DNA of 64,000 nt from assembly GCA_905178155.1 (NCBI GenBank), contig CAJINV010000010.1, forward strand, positions 1,505,750-1,569,749, read 5' to 3'. A program made the position numbers and the translations under genes. The first letter of the stretch is position 1; each line of letters begins with the position of its first letter. Shown piece by piece: positions 20,800-33,592 of this stretch. The stretch comes from Amoebophrya sp. A120. Taxonomy: Eukaryota; Protista; Dinoflagellata. Below the pieces are notes generated by a model. It was given only the letters and a program-made list of their open reading frames with translations. It was not told where the DNA came from and did no database searches.

Positions 20800-23701
20800 A
20801 CGTACCTAGGCCAGATCCAGAAGCAGAATCCTATACGCGCTCCTTGTCCTGACCTGGTGCAAGATCTGCTGTTCCTGTTCAACACGAAAAGATTAGAGGT
20901 GGACCGCGACAAGAAGATGATTCTCACCGTTTTTCAGGTCGGCTTCATCGTCTGGTCGTCCTTCTTCTCCGCATGCGTATCGCCAGAAAAAAAAACCATC
21001 CACATGCACATCCAAGTTGTCATGCGAAAGCCGCAAGATTCCCTGTATTTGTCATGCAAAAAATGGATGATATTCATGCGATGGATTTTTTTCTCATACA
21101 TAATGCGTCTCCCAGTTCTACTCGCCGGCCACCCTTCCCGGCCGCCATCTGCAGAAGTTCCTGACTGAAATCATGTTGCAGTGCGGCGGGCTATCCTGTG
21201 CAAAAGTATCGCACTCGTATTCTTGGAGTCATGCATTACAAACCTCTTTACTAAGGTAAGTCCGCATTACAAATTTCATTTCTCATGCTGAGGAAATTTG
21301 TAATGCATTTATACGAGTGCGATACTTTTGGAATCCATACGGGCCAATCGAAAACGACTTTCGCCGGGAGTTTTCTCCCCCGCACCCGGGCTGTTCCTTC
21401 GCGGTGTTGTGCGCCAAGGGGGATCTGTTCATCGTGTTTATTATCAACTGCAAAAATGTCTGTGTCTGGAAGAATGCCAGACTTGTCATGCAGGTTTTCC
21501 ATGACCCATGAGGTCTGGCATGTAGGACCTAGCATTGCAGATTCTGTGAGAGTGCCATCATGTCTATCCTACATGAGAAACTGCCTCCCGATTAGGTCAA
21601 AAGTGGACAGCTTTTGGTAATCATGCAACACAGATTTTTGCATGAGTCAGATTTAGCATGACAAGTTGCTTTGTTCCAGACCCAGACATATTTGCATTCG
21701 ATATTCATGGTTTTAACCATGCCGGTGTTGTACGCGGTCCACTTCTGTTGCTTCCGGTGTCTGCGCTTCGTGAAACCCCGGGTTTCCACCGAATTGCAGC
21801 AGGCCTGGGAATACCAAATGCAAATATGTCTGGGTCTGGAAGGATGCAACTTGTGATGCTGACCTTGGATTCTACAAAAATCTGTATTGCATGAACAGCA
21901 AAAGCGGTCCAGTTTTTGTCACGGCGAGAGAGCATTTCTCCTGCGGTATGGGAAACAGGAAGCCCTCACAAAATCTGCGATGCTAGGGCATGCATCACAG
22001 ACATCAGAAGTCATGCAAAATGTGCATGACAGACCTCGCGTCAATCTTCCAGACCCAGACATATTTGCATTTGATAGGGACCAAGCGAAATTGCAGTGGG
22101 AACGGCAGAGTGGAGGAACGTCTGTCACTTCTTCCGGGAACGCAAGTAGTCGGGCCAGAGCGGCAAGCGCATCCGCCGTGGTGACCTCCGCAGCGACTGC
22201 TGGAGCGGGCACTGGAGGGGGAGCGAGACTTGCGACTTCAGGCACTGCTACGACAACATCAGCCGCAACAACGTCAACCGCCGGGCGGGGACAAAACGCA
22301 ACAAGCAACACTTCCTCGTCATCTGTCAGCTACTACAACGGCCAACTCTTCATTCCGCTGACCGGAGGAGGATCTTCAACCTCTTCTCCAAACGGCAGCA
22401 CGTCTGCCACCAATAACAGACAACTCACGATTGAGATCGAGCCCAATACCGAGATCCGGGGCTGGAAAAACGAAATCAACAGGAAAATTGACGACTTGAA
22501 GCAGGAAGTCGCGAAGCTGACGCACCGAATGCTGTTGCAGCAATCCGAGTAAGCAATGCAACAGCATCGTACTAGTATAGATTGCATTTAATGCAATCTT
22601 ATGCTGAGGAAATTTGTAATACAAATTTCCTCAGCATAAGATGCGGATATAGCTTGAGAAGGAAATTTGTAATGCATGAGTGCGATCAACATTACTACGA
22701 GTACGATACTTTTGCACAGGATACCGAGGTGCTGTATGAGGAAATCGAGGTGATGGCTGGGGGGCGGGATGGAGGTGCAGCTGCGGTTCTGGCGGACCAA
22801 GATAGCGAGTTTGTCGACGTTTCGGAGCGGACGCCCGCTTCTTCGCGGGAGGGCGAGATTGGAGCTGAGAGGGAACAACAAGGCGAAACAACTACTACAC
22901 ACGACGAAGATGCAATATTGGCCACTACCGCCAGTGGTGAAGTTACAACTTCAAGACGAGAACATCAACATCATCTGCAGTCGCGTGTGGTCGGCGCTGA
23001 AGTGGGTACTAGTTCGCTGTCCCCGATGAACCTGGCCGACGAGGAGAATTACAACAACAATCCCTACACTATGGGATCGTCAAATGACGTCGCCTTCTCA
23101 ATTGTTACATGAATTTGTGATGCAAAAGCACCATCAGCATCGACGCGACCAATGACTACTTCGCATGACAAATCCTCGAAGGGGGCTTAAACAGCATGGA
23201 GATCTGTGGTGCCATCACATTTGTAATGCCAGAAATGCAACTGCAAGCTCCCCCCTTGCGCTTTTGCATCAGAAATTAATGTGGCAGTTGAGTTCGTAAC
23301 GCTTGAGAATTCCATATACACCTTCCGGTGCGTCGCCTGCCTGTCCGACCGTCCCTGTGTGCTTTTCAAGGAGTGCCGACACCTGGCGCTGTGTGCGCAT
23401 TGCGACGACCGGATGGAGGCAGAGCAGGATATGCCGTGTGAAAGAATTCGTACTGGTAGTATTAAAATTGCACGACAGTTGTATCAAGTATCATTCTTGT
23501 TTGGCATGAGTATGAGAAATCAAATTTGTCATGCTATCGTTGGCAGGCTGCGACCACAAGATCTATCGTGCATCTTGATTCATTGCAATTATTAGTACTG
23601 TAAGTACATCAGTAATTTAGCAATGCATACAGAATGATCCGAACCAGAAATGCCCGCTGTGCCGGAAACAAGGAACAAGATTTCGGGTTTTTTACGGCTG
23701 A
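20800..23701 (+). CDS. Membrane-anchored RING-finger protein, 5' end unresolved; exons 20800-20976, 21107-21190, 21344-21440, 21708-21810, 22081-22548, 22728-23068, 23321-23428, 23634-23701
   Basis: Removing 7 TIR introns gives one frame with two hydrophobic segments, a coiled coil and a complete RING CVAC..CVLFKECRHLALCAHC..CPLCR; stop at 23699-23701. Confidence 0.85.
20978..21102. mobile_element. Introner, singleton
   Basis: IR AGAAAAAAAAACCATC/GATGGATTTTTTTCT; DR atgcg/atgcg; 125+5. Confidence 0.85.
21192..21339. mobile_element. Introner, family B
   Basis: TIR with AAAAGTATCGCACTCGTA; DR cgggc/cgggc; 148+5. Confidence 0.9.
21442..21703. mobile_element. Introner, family A (inverted homolog of 3538-3799)
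   Basis: 262 nt like 3538; internal sequence is its reverse-complement homolog; DR tttat/ttcat. Confidence 0.9.
21812..22076. mobile_element. Introner, family A
   Basis: TIR CAAATGCAAATATGTCTGGGTCTGGAAG; DR gggaa/gggac; 265+5. Confidence 0.9.
22550..22723. mobile_element. Introner, family B, left end reads GTAAGC
   Basis: DR ccgag/ccgag; 174+5 restores the frame. Confidence 0.88.
23070..23316. mobile_element. Introner, family D
   Basis: TATGG...CCATA; DR tacac/tacac; 247+5. Confidence 0.85.
23430..23629. mobile_element. Degenerate introner splitting the RING domain
   Basis: TATGC...GCATA; DR cagga/cagaa; removal brings CPLCR into frame. Confidence 0.85.
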
Positions 23702-24784
23702 TTTTGATCCGGGGGGTGCAACACGAGATCATGATGGAGCACGCTATTGTATCGATGACTGTGGCGTCTACAACGCGTCGAGCACAAGTGTTTACGTGAC
23801 TTTGTCGTCGACAAGCTGTCCTCAGGGCCACGGTCTGACAACAGGAACAGAAACAAACGCTGATCATCTTCTGATGCAACAATAAAGGGACATCATAGAC
23901 GGAAGAACCGAAAAATCCTCATGTTGCACACACAACTTTTTCAATTGTCTACAATTATCGCATGACCGACAAAGGTATGGCCAAGATTCGTCGAACATGC
24001 TTGTTGCTTATGTTGATTTTTTCAGTATTTTTTCACTTTCATCATGTAGTAAGAATGCACAGAGAACAAAACTATGATGAGCTAGGGCTAGTGTGGTCAA
24101 GAAGTTGCGTGATATACAGGCGTCAAGTCATCTAAAATACTCGACCTCAACCGCCGTTCGATGTTGATTTCAACAGTCGTAAGTAGCGGAAGTAGCTGAG
24201 TTTTGCCATCGTCACGATGAAGACAGACTGCGTCCATTCGTCGTGGTGGTAGCTCCCTTGAGTGTGTGCCCGGAGCTGCGTACCAAAAACAAGTCGTGAC
24301 ACACTTGGAAGTCGTCTCGCATCGTCGGTCTTCATTCATTTTCGCGAAGCGTTAGATGTAGTGGCCTTATCTTTTGAAGCATGCAAATATCTACTTCCAC
24401 CGACTGAAAACGCACTCGTCAAACCTCGAGCGTCGACGTTCCGTTCAAATATAGTCAAAGTTCGTGACTAGAGCGATTTGAGAGTCCTAAAAGCCCGACC
24501 AAAACGCAAATCGCTTCTCGTTGCAAATGGCCTGAACTACTTAAAGCAAGTGTGCACTTGCTTCATGGAAAAAGAACGGCACTTGTTCGGTTTTTTGTGT
24601 ATCTTTGCCTGCTTTGTCGTATCTCTTTGTTTTCGCTCCTTCTGTTGCAAAATTAATGAGTTTTTTGTCGACGTCCTGGTGCATCAGCATCTACGAGTAG
24701 AACTAGAAAAATAACCCGTCACTAGATGACACTTTTCTTCCTTTTGTGAGCGCGGACGAAAAATTGTTTCGATTTTATCATAAA

Positions 24785-27700
24785 ATGAAGAAGGCAAAAG
24801 TTGCCGGCCCCACTAGTTCTTCTTCCACCTCCGGCCCTATCTCCGGTGGAAATAGCAAGAAGAAGGCCGCAACAGCGGGAGGCCGGACTGCTGGTGCACA
24901 CAGAAACAAAGTGCACCACGCGGGGAATAAGCCGAAGCTGGCGCGCAACGCATCCCACGTCGACCAAGAAAACAGCTTCTCCGACATGGACATCGAGGAC
25001 TACCTCGCGTCCCTGCAGGAACAGGAAAATGTCCGGAAGGCGACACTCGCGAGGGGAAAGCAGCTGCAGCAAGAGGAACAACACGACGCCAGAAAAGCGC
25101 GGCTGGACCAGCTTTCGCGGCCGGAGCCGAAATTCAAAATCGGGGACAGAGTGCAGGCGGTAAACTGCTTCGGCAGCGACGCGGCGCGCTCGTACAAGGC
25201 GAAGAAAACGGTGCGGTATGGTGTGGTGACGAAGTTGCACGAATTGAAATTGGACAAGGACGAGAAAAAGTTTCTCCCTATCGTCTACGACATCGAGGAG
25301 GTGGTGGTGATTTGCCAATCAGCCGATGTTGAAAAGACTTCCTCGAAGACAGGAGGAAGCAAGAAGAGCATCGAGGGCAAGGAAAATGTAGTTGCATTTG
25401 CGAGCAGTGTTGAAGAAGTCAATACTGCGGGTGGATGCGGAAGTACTACTACTACTAGCAAGAAGGGAAATATTAATATTGAAGCAGTACATGACTTAGA
25501 CGCAGTCGAGAAGTACCTTGAGAGCCAAGAGCCCGTGCATGGACCGAAGCCCGCGGTACTGCAGGCGAAGGAAATCGACGTTCAATTTGCCAAGAAAAAT
25601 TTCGCCGGATTCCAGTCGGTGCAAGAGCTCTTGGTAGGTGGAGCAAGCGGGAACACTATGCCGAATCATCTGTCCGCCTCATCCGCATCTACGTCGAGTA
25701 GCAGCAGTAGCGGTGCAAACCAAAATCACGACGGCATCTTCAACTCCTCTGGTTTCGGTGACCGGTCCTCTGGTGCACACCAACAAGAACCTCTGCCACA
25801 GATTGTCTCGATAGACGATGTCACCTGCGTCGCGGGTCTGCAGAAACTGCCGAAGGGGACGAGCTTGTGTGTGCCGTCGTCGTCGCGAACAAAAAGCGAT
25901 GGTACAAGTAGCCCCAAATGGGTGCGGGCGACGACGGTACCGGCGTCGGAGCAGCCCTACCGCGGTTGGACGATGGTGACGGTTCCCGCTCGGCAGGAGA
26001 GCGACGGCACCTACTGTTACAGCGAGCAGCGCTACCTGCCCAACCACTTTTCCTTCCCGAACGAGGCCTGGGGAAAGACGAAGCCGTTCGCATTTCCCCT
26101 GCACGCCTGGGTGCAGTTTGTAAAACCGGCGGACCGCAAGTTGAAAAACCCGGAGTGGGTGGTGGGCCGCGTCGAGGAGCACTGGTACGAGAACAAGTAC
26201 CAGATGCTGGTCAAGGGTATCACTAGCACCTCTGTCGGTATGAAAGTATCATCTTCTAAATTTTTGGATCATGATCATCAGACATCAGAAACTGCTCCGG
26301 CCAGCGCCGTCTTTCGCGGAGATTTGAAGCTGGGGAACGAGCGCATGTTCATCCGACCGACAAATCCGGCAAAGCACGTGGACACCAGTCGGTTTCTCGC
26401 TACGGACTTCGAGAAAGAAGCTGAAAGTACTGGTGGAACTCCTGCTCGTCCCGCCCAGAAAACCAACGCTTCTTCGTCCTCGTCGTCTTTGAGGACCAGC
26501 AACGAAGCTGCAGCTGCAGCCGACCCCACGATCATGCCAGAAAAAGCTGATGACGACGAGAACCTGGCTGTTGAAATTCCGATCGCGCGGCTCACCTTCG
26601 CACACGCGCGTCCGGATCAAATTCCGTACACGCGGGAGATCACGCAACCGCAGAAGTTGACCAGTTATTTCCTCGAGCTGGCGCACGACATCACGTACGG
26701 CGGGAAGCAGCAGAAATTTGGGAAGAACAAGACCATCGCGATTCCGGCTGGCGTGCAAACCGCGGTGAAGCAGTACTACGACGTCTTGACGAAGGGATCC
26801 GGTACAAGGTTTGCAGCCGATGAGGTGTCATCAGCCCCAACGCCAATCTTGAAGCAAAACCACGACAAGAACTTTAACGCAACTACAAGCAAATCGCTGA
26901 TCACCATCGATTGCGGCACCATCAGGGAGCCCCGTTTACTGCCCATCGAGGATCGCGAGCCCGCGCTCCCTTTGTTTCGCTTCGCCAACAACACGGACCT
27001 TCAGTTGCAGGCGTTGAGGCAGTCGTACTCCTCCGACGCGGCGCTGGCGAGCGCCGGTTTTTCGGAAAACGTCGTGCCGTTCCACGTGTTGCCGGATTTT
27101 TCTTTTGTTAGCAACGTCGGCCTGAGCTTCTCGGTCAAGCTGAAGGTCGACGAGAAAGTCCGCCAGGAAACACTGTCCATGCGCGGCGCGCAGGGTATCT
27201 TCAGCGTCATGCTGCACGACAGCTTCAGCGCCAAAGCCGCAGCGAAAATCACCCGGACGATCAAGTTGCTCCCGGACCCCGAGCGCCCGGCCTACACAAC
27301 CGGAACTCGAATCGTCATGGGCGTGGCGGAGGACCTGAACCGGAAACCCAGCCAGAACTTGCTGAAGCAGTTGTACTTCCAGCAGCCCCAGAAGAGTGTG
27401 ACTGGTTTAGGACTTCTTGGAGAACCACAGCAGGGGGGCGGCACAAGAAGTAGAGCTCCTTTGAGTATTAAGAAGGACAGTTCTTTCTCCGACAGAACAA
27501 GCAATCTGTACGGGGAAAGTAGCGACGACGAGGAAGATGAGGACGAGTCGCCGGCGTATGCTTACCACGGGGGCAAGAACACCTACACGACCAGTAGCCG
27601 GACTTACAACAATTTCAGCTCGAGTTCTTCCTCGTCTTCCAACATCGCGCAATCGCCTAGTGCATCAACTTCCGCCGCCGGCTTCCAAATCCCGGACAAC

Positions 27701-30700
27701 GGGCACGACGAGCCGGCGAAGCCGCCGAAGAAGTGGACGCAGGAGAAACGGCACCAGCTGCGCACCGAGCAGCGGAAGGCGCTGTCCTGGATGCTGGAGC
27801 GGGAAAACAACCCCACCGACGTGGTGATCTCGCAACGGAAAATCACCTCGCCCATTTTGTCGGACGACGACTGGTTCCGGCGCCTGACCTGGAGCAAGTG
27901 GGCGATGGAGTTCGAGGCTAACTACTACTACAAGGTGAACGGGGGAATTCTGGCCGACAAGGTCGGCTTCGGCAAGACCGCCACGATGCTGTCCCTGATC
28001 GCCCGGCAGCAAGACGCGGAGCGGGGGAGGGGAGCTGCAGCCTCTAGTACAACTTCGGCGAACAAGAAGGAGATGATGGATCATATTCCGGAACACGATA
28101 AAGGAGCCTTTTTTCACGCGCCGAACACAACGTTGGTTTTGGTTCCGAGTCATCTCATCGACCAGTGGTCGCAGGATATGGAGAAAAAAATTATTGGTGT
28201 GGTCGAGGTGGAAGTGAAGTTTGTTATTGTTTCATGATAGTTTGTAAAAACATCATCATCAACTTCATCTCAATGAAAGATATTTTCGTGCTGCTTCTGC
28301 ATGACTGAGTGAAGAGTGCACACGTCGAGCAGGCCTGTTCAGACAGAAAAAACTTCACTTATGCTTCTTGACCCACAATCAAATTCGCTTCCATACCCGA
28401 AGTAGACAAGTTCGTTTCCGCTTACAACTGGAACGTTTTGGTGGTGAAGGACGTGCGGGGCCTGTCCTACAACACGGTGCGCGAAATCGCGGAGTACGAT
28501 TTGATTCTTTGCAGCTACCACTGCCTCTACTCCGACACCTACGGGCGGCGCGTCGAAGACTTTCTCTCCGGGGACAAGAAGCACACCCCCGACAGCATCA
28601 AAAACCCCGAGCGGGGCTACAAGCCGAAACCCGCAGCGGCAAACCGACCGTACAGCCTGCTGAAATTGAAAGCCGAAACCAAGAAATTCATCGCGGACTG
28701 GGATTCCGGGGACGATAGGAAATGTCAGAAGTACCTGCAATCTCGCTGGTTCCAGAACAGCGAGGGCTTGAGTGCCAAGCGGGCGAAGGAGTTTTGCGAG
28801 AACGTGACCGGGACCGGCGGTGGGGAACAACAACAAGCGGAAGGACCCGAAGTTACAGTTTTAAGCGGGAACAAAAATCAAGCAAAGCAAAAGCAACAGG
28901 TGGTCTCGAGGAAAAGGTCCTCGTCGCACTTGGATCTGCTGTTTCCGGTTCTGGAACAATTTTACTTTCGCAGGGTAGTGTTCGACGAGTACCACGAAAC
29001 GGAAGCGAAGCGCGGCAAGACGCAGGTGCTCATGTGGTTACGGGGCCGGTCCCGCTGGGGCATGACGGGGACCCCGAGTGTGGAGACGATCGAATCGGTG
29101 AAAACCACGGCTGGGCTCTTCAACGTCGACGTCCTGGCCAACGGGGCGCGGGGCGAGTGGCTCTCCGCGGACGGGCTCCAGGTCCCCGAACACGCGCCGG
29201 CGCACGTGCTGGAAGGCTACAGGGGGGCACAGCGGTCGTTGGCAGCCGGCGCCGTATCCGAAGCAAAGTCTTGAAGCAAAGAAGCGAAGTATAGAAGATG
29301 GATTTGCATGGAAATTTGTGATGTGTTTATTTGTGAACTACATGGGCCCAGAGGTTCCAGCTGTGCTTATTTCTGCTAACCTTCTTCAAGATCAAGATTT
29401 TGCTAGCATATTCTTGGAAGTCGCAGCAGGCCGCGAAGGCCCGGAATAACCCGAACAGGTGCTTCAAAGAGCCGTGCACCAGCTCCGTTCTGTGGTACAA
29501 CTGCCAAAACTTCGTGAGTGAATGCATTCGGCAAAACGCAACGAACTCCTGTGTCGATGAGATTGAAACGGTATTGTATATTTTTCTAATGTGCTGACGA
29601 CGAAAACGAATGACGACGAAACAAGGAAAAAGTGCATGATTCATAGGTAGAGTTCTTCTTGTTCTTCCGATCGGCTAAATTGGTATCATCTCTTCAATCC
29701 TTCACCCACATCAGCTTGCTAGTACCCCCCCCTAAGAAATAAACGCAATACAGATCCACCACGACTATGCGGTACAGTTCACTCCGGCGGAACAAATTTT
29801 CTATCTGAACACCCTCTCCGAGACGGCTTCCAGCGGAATCGACGTTTCGAAGAAGGAACTTTCCGAGGGTGTGCTGCGCCAGTGCCGGACGCTACTGGAG
29901 CGGTGCTCGCACTTCGCTGCGGGGGAGCAGGGGTTGTCCAGTGGTGGTGCTGGGTCGCTTAATAATACCGCGGAGGAGGAGCTCGAGCGGAAATTGGAGG
30001 AGGCAGAAGACGCTGTAGAGTCGGCATTTGAAAATGCCACGCTGCTCGTCACCCAACTGGAGCTGTTGCGGCGCGTATTCGTGCTGTGCAGTGGAGAAGT
30101 AGGGGGACCAGGAGTTCTTGTTGGACAGGGCGACTACAACGAAAGCCAGATCAACAAGCCAACAAAACTGGCGGGACAGGCAGGAGGAGTTGTAGATGGA
30201 GCTACTACTACAAAAACAACACCGCTAATACGGTCGTCAGCCTCGTCATCTACGTCATTGCGCGGTGGAGGTACGACTACGAGTCATTTTCCCACCAGCA
30301 CCGGTGGTACATTCGCACTGAAACTGAATAAAGCATCATCTTCTCCCTCTCGTCGTTCTTGCAAGGAGGATATCTCAACATCGTGGACGATCACCGGTCG
30401 GAGTTTCGGAGTGCAGACCGACGCAAATATGGATCCGGGCGACGAAGGATTAGCCGTTGATAAAGGAGGTGCTCCACCTTTGTCTACTTTGGTGGCCTCG
30501 GACAATGTGCAAAGAAGTACTTCCTCTCCGTCCCTTGCTGTCAGCAAATCACTGAAGATGAAGCGACAGAGCAAGGGCAACTTCGTCGTCAAGGGGGACA
30601 ATTATATCAACGAGTCGGAGATGGCGAGCGAGAGTTTCGGCTTCCAGCCAGTGTCTCGTCGGAAGGCGGCGACTAAAAAGTTGTCAAAACTACTTGGACC

Positions 30701-33592
30701 TGCAGCGCCCTCGTCCTCCTCGGGATCCTCTGTCGCGGACGCGGAATCCGCTCACACCACAACGTGGCACTACTGTCTCGTGCCCCGTGCCAATGTCGCA
30801 ATTCAAACTGATCAAGATAGCGGAAAGCTGCTGAAAAATAAAAAGGAGTGCTTTTTAGAGAGCACGACCCAGAGCAATGCAGCTCAGAACTACGCCACGA
30901 ATGATCAGGAAGAAGACGACGACGTTGATGCAGCTCTCTCACTCGCGGTGGTAGTTGCTGCTCCGCCTTCGAAGCGGCGCAAGAAGGACAAAAGTGCGGA
31001 GGACAACAAGAAGCCAACATCAACAAAAACTGCAGAAACAAATTTGAGATTGAAGAGCGAGAAGGCGGATGGAACAAAAGCGAAAGCCAAGCAGGGTTCC
31101 TGCAAACCCAACTCGAAGAACAAAAACAACCGGAGCAAAACGTCCTCCGAACAAGAAGACAACAAGGATCTGAAAGCTGCTGCTGCTCTCGCCCCAACTT
31201 GTAGCTCCTCGTCTCCGAAGACCATGCAGTCATCTCCGTCTGCGGTCACCAAAATCGAGCACCCGCCGTTCCTGAGCGAGAAAGTGCAAGACCTGGTCAA
31301 GAAGATTTCGTTGCAGTACATAGGAAAGCCGTACGGACAGGAGCTTCAGACGCTGTTCCGAACCGCAGCGCAGTCATCAACTTCCACTGAAAAGCTGCTC
31401 CACGCTGCGGGTTGTCCTGGTGCTAGTACGACGGCGAACATCACAATCTTCCCAAAGATGACATCAAGTGCTGAAAGTGACAACGAAAGGAGAAGCGAAT
31501 TTTTCCGAAAAATCCTTGTTAACGGCTTGGAGTCAATGCGGAGCATCGTGAGGCGTGCTAAGGCGCATGAACGATCGTCACAGCTGGCTCTGGCAGCAGC
31601 GGCAAAACAACGAGCCACTGCTTCTGCTGTTGCCGGAAAGAACAGAAAGGCCGATGGAGAACAATTGAAGATCGATGGAAATGACAAAGCAAAGAACACC
31701 ACCGCAAAAGCGACGAAGCCGGCTAAGCAAAACAGGAAGAGCGCCACATCGAAATTGCAAGCGAAAAGAACAAGCACAAAAGATGCGAAGCAAAATAGTA
31801 CGGCCCTCGTCAAGAAAACTGCGGTGAAAGGTAAATCTAATAAAATCAGCACCACAACATCATCCTGTTCATCCACATCCACCTCTAATAAGAAAGCTGT
31901 GCTCGTCGTCGGCGTACCGACTCCCGCGAAGGCAGGCGTACAGGGGAAGAAGAACAAAATGAAATCTGTTGCCGTACCGCTAGCTGCCGTTCTGAAAGTC
32001 CCGGAGAGGAAAATGATGAAGAACGACTCATCGAACAGTGCATCCTCGTCGGCAGGAGGGGCGACGTCATCTTCCGCGAACAGCAGCAACAAGCCTGCTC
32101 CACCTCCCAATCCGGACTGTGTCAAGCTGAGCAACGTTCTGGCGACGGCTCACGAGTTGCAACAAACCATCGTGCGAGATTTGGAGAGGACGCTTTCCAC
32201 AATGTACGAGAGGGCTGCGCCCGTTGACTTCTGCTCCGCGGCCAACGCTCTATTCACCGGAGCGGAGGAGGACCTCATCTGCGGCGGCTGCGACGCGAGC
32301 TGCGCGGACAAGCCCTGGGGCCGGGCCGGCTTTGCGGTGACCAAGTGCGCGCACCTGTTTTGCCGACCCTGCTTGCTCGAAAGCGTGAATCGCGAACAGA
32401 AGTGCCCGGAGTGCGGTGAAAGGCTGGACACGCTGCTGCCGCCGAATGTCTATGTCGGGCCGAAGACAACAGCTGGTGCTAGTACTTCAAGCTGGAACAC
32501 AAAGATAAAAAATGGAGGTACTAGTCAAGCGGTACTACAGATGAGCCAGAATTTGGGGCGGGTGGCCAAGTCCAGCACGGGCGGAAACTCAACGAACGAT
32601 GCAAAGTTGCTGGCCGTAAAGAAAGCGTCTGTGGTGGGATGGGCTTTGTCGGAGGGAAAACACACGAAAATCTGGGAAGATGACCCCGGACGATACGCTT
32701 CGCTCAGGAATAAGGTAAGACATGCTACGTTCGGTTTTGATTCATGTCAAAGTATTTCATAGTCTTCGACGAGCTCTAGAATTATCGATGATCCTGAAGA
32801 TCATCATCGTGTGTTTTTATTCGCCCCACAACAACGAGCGTAAGTACTCGGCAATGCAGTAGCAGTCGTGCTCCAGCAGCACAAATAAAGAGGACCGACC
32901 TGTGAACTAAAAAAATTTCGTTTCACCCTGCTCAGGTCAGCAAAGATTCCGACATGTTCTTGGTGCCGCCCCCGAGCGCCGCTAGGTTTCTTGTCGGAGA
33001 AACTGTCTCCACGACCTCTCTCCGTGGAGGTCCGTCTTACCACCACTTTGGGTCCAAGATTCAGAAGATCTGCGACGTCCTGGTGCGCATCCGCGACGAG
33101 TCGCCCGAGGACAAGGTGATCGTGTTTGTCCAGTTCCCGAGCATCCAGCAGAAGTTGGCCTCCGCGTTTGCCTACTACGATTTCAACTTCATGGAGCTCT
33201 GTGGCCCGGTGCACAAGCAGAACCGGATCATGAACTCGTTCAAGTTCGACGCCGTCTCGGAGTACGGGCCGAGCCCGGACATCTTGCTGCTAAACATGTC
33301 CACGGCGGCGAGCGGATCCGACCTCGTCCGCGCGTCCCACGTGCTCCTGGCCCACCCCTTTGTCGGGAAAACGCCGGAGGAGAGCGCCGCCTACGAAGAG
33401 CAAGCGGTCGGCCGCGTGCGGCGCATGGGACAGCCGAAAACCGCGGTCGAAGTGCACCGCTTTTACACCGCGGGCACCGTGGAAGAGCCGCTGCACCAAA
33501 GACACGTGGCTGGACAGGCTGGAAAAGGAAAGAATGGGGGGAACGAGGCAAAGCAGCGCGGGGGGCGTGGTGCGTCGCTGGAGTGGATGTGA
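24785..33592 (+). CDS. SNF2-family ATPase with embedded RING (Rad5/SHPRH/DNMT5-type), paralog 1; exons 24785-28175, 28400-29253, 29415-29570, 29754-32714, 32936-33592
   Basis: GGILADKVGFGKT, LVPSHLIDQW, FRRVVFDEYHE, RWGMTGTP, RING C..C..CAHLFC..C..CPEC, SKI, KVIVFVQF, EEQAVGRVRRMGQ. Confidence 0.9.
28177..28395. mobile_element. Degenerate introner
   Basis: TATGGA...TCCATA; DR cagga/cccga; splicing gives QWSQEVDKF. Confidence 0.82.
29255..29410. mobile_element. Degenerate introner, DR lost
   Basis: IR AGCAAAGTCTTGA/TCAAGATTTTGCT; flanks cgccg/ttctt; 156+5 restores the frame. Confidence 0.8.

Noticed and set aside
24510-24520. ATCGCTTCTCG matching the 5' end of U2 snRNA
   Set aside because: Only 11 nt; no GTAGTA branch-pairing region follows at the expected position.
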